Shown here piece by piece: positions 62,275 through 64,000 of a stretch of DNA of 64,000 bases. The translations under genes were made by a program, and so were the position numbers. The DNA is from Hamiltosporidium tvaerminnensis FI-OER-3-3. Taxonomy: Eukaryota; Fungi; Microsporidia. The stretch is taken from assembly GCA_022605425.2 (NCBI GenBank), contig JAKIMF020000004.1, forward strand, positions 1,116,001 to 1,180,000. Reading direction: 5' to 3'. The notes under the pieces were generated by a model. It saw only the letters and a program-made list of their open reading frames with translations, had not been told where the DNA came from and searched no databases. Position 1 is the stretch's first letter. The number at the start of each line of letters is the position of its first letter.

Positions 62275-62620
62275 AGAATTGAGGATTAAGTTAGGGATAG
62301 AGAGTTATGTTAGGATAGAGAGTTATAAGGAAGTAGAGTAAAGTTGGAAGTAAAGTATTATAACGAAGTAGTGTAAAGTTGGAAGTAGAGTATTATATGG
62401 AGATGTAGTGTCTTATAATGAGGTAGTATTATAATGAGTAGAGCAGTATAACGAAGTAGTATTATAAGGAGTAGAGTATTATAAGGGGGTAGAGTAAAGT
62501 TGGAAGTAAAGTATTATAAGGAGTAAAGTATTATAATTAGGTAGAAGCATTATAACGAAGTAGAATTATAAGGAAGTAAAGTATTATAAGGAAGTTAAAT
62601 CGGGTGACTGGTTATATAAG
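62275..62620. repeat. G-rich degenerate minisatellite 3' of DOP1
   Basis: Recurrent AGTATTATAAGGAAGTAG and GTAAAGTTGGAAG units. Confidence 0.75.
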
Positions 62621-63257
62621 AGATATAGAGACAGTCATGAGTAGATAAAGGGATGTATGGGTTAATGAGATGTATGGTTTTACAGAGGTAGAATGAAATA
62701 GAGGTTTAAAGAGAAGTAGGTGTATATTATGATTAAAGGGTTTTGATTATAGTTTTTCTCTTTTAAATATTTAGTTCATGTCTGTTTTGAAAAACCGTTT
62801 TTTTTTAAATTTAAATTACAAATTAAATTTATTTTCCTTAGATGAATATTCTTTTCTAGGATTTTGAATTGATTTTCTAAGAAATATTCTTTTCTAGGAT
62901 TTTAAATTGATTTCCTAATAAATTTTATTTATAATTTTAATCTCTTATAAATTAAATGATTTTCTAGGATTTTAATCTCTTATAAATTAAATGATTTTCT
63001 AGCTCGTGGTAATGAAATTAGTTTATATTTCAGAAAAAATAAAGTGTTTTATCTTCTTAAACTTATTTGATTAAACTATAATTTCTTTATCTTTTTATTT
63101 AAATTTTTATACCTTTATCTGATGTGTTTTATTAGAATATTTTGATTTTTAAAATTTTCATTTTTAGTTGTTCTTGTGTGATTTACTGTTAAAATTTATT
63201 ACATGTTTGTATATTTCTCTTCTGTTTTATTTATATTGTATTTTTTAGTGAAATCTT

Positions 63258-63466
63258 GGTATTTTATATTTATTCTGTATAGTTTAATATATTTTTTAAT
63301 TACATTCCTTCTTTCTGGTTGGTATTTTATATTTATTCTGTATGGTTTAATATATATTTTAATTACATTCTTTCTTTCTGGTTGGTATTTTATATTTATT
63401 CTGTATGGTTTAATATATATTTTAATTACGTTCCTTCTTTCTTTCTGGTTGGTATTTATTCGTATG
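63258..63466. repeat. About 3.3 copies of a 63-bp tandem repeat
   Basis: GGTATTTTATATTTATTCTGTAT starts at 63258, 63321 and 63384, with a partial copy at 63451. Confidence 0.85.
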
Positions 63467-64000
63467 GAAGTTTTTTTTGTTTGCAAAAATTCTTATTTTT
63501 AACTATATACTGTATTAGTTAATTCATTTGGTATATAACTTCTTCGTTATTTTTATTAAAATCTTTTATCAAAATCTTTTATTAAAATCTTTTATTAAAA
63601 TCTTTTAATTTAATCAGATATAAAATTTCATGAGACAAATAAAATTATTTATTGAAATTATTATTAAAAATATAAATAAATTACATTTAGGAAAAGTAAG
63701 GAAGTATCAATATTATTCTTGAAATGTTTATATCATTTTAGAATTCATAGAAGAAAGAAATTCTAGAAAATAATTATTTTGACTTTTTATTTTAAAATCG
63801 AACTTTAAATAAACACATTGAAGTGGGTCTTTTTTGAATTACTCGATTTAAAAATGAAGATATCTCTCTTGATTTATTTTTTTATACTTCTGTTTTAAAT
63901 TAATAGCTTCGTTTTAAGATATTTAAATTAAATCTCTTATCAGTTTTTTTCTTTTATTAATTTATTTAAAAATAGAAAGATAAATGAATATAAACAATTA

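Noticed and set aside
63199-63522. ORFs on both strands, or a CRISPR-like array
   Set aside because: A 63-bp tandem repeat with no unique spacers; open frames arise because the unit is a multiple of 3.

Overview
AT-rich, gene-sparse eukaryotic DNA that looks microsporidian and Hamiltosporidium-like. The genes are intronless and divergent, and several have a CCC motif just before the ATG. The taxon call is inference. Recognisable host genes are a Mei2-like RRM protein, an LRR-family protein, U1 snRNP protein C, a degenerate ER Hsp70 (Lhs1/Grp170-like, ending KTEL) and a 2.3-kaa Dopey/DOP1. There are also two small multi-TM gene families with pseudogenes. Mobile DNA is abundant: a decayed Helitron with an intact 3' hairpin and CTAG, two 5'-truncated R4/Dong-type RLE non-LTR elements, RTE fossils and a tRNA-headed SINE-like element. 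Two main leads stand out. (1) A ~730-nt non-coding, hairpin-rich retroposon family has about 11 copies of very different ages. One copy has a perfect 13-bp TSD, and a 230-nt sister element with the same 5' head is nested in an old copy with a 13-bp TSD. The family is probably mobilised by the R4-type LINE. (2) Nine in-frame low-complexity insertions in DOP1, and two in the Hsp70, each have a G-rich arm followed by a C-rich arm with complementary segments, so they are potential fold-back cassettes. All comparisons were made by eye; no searches or folding were run.
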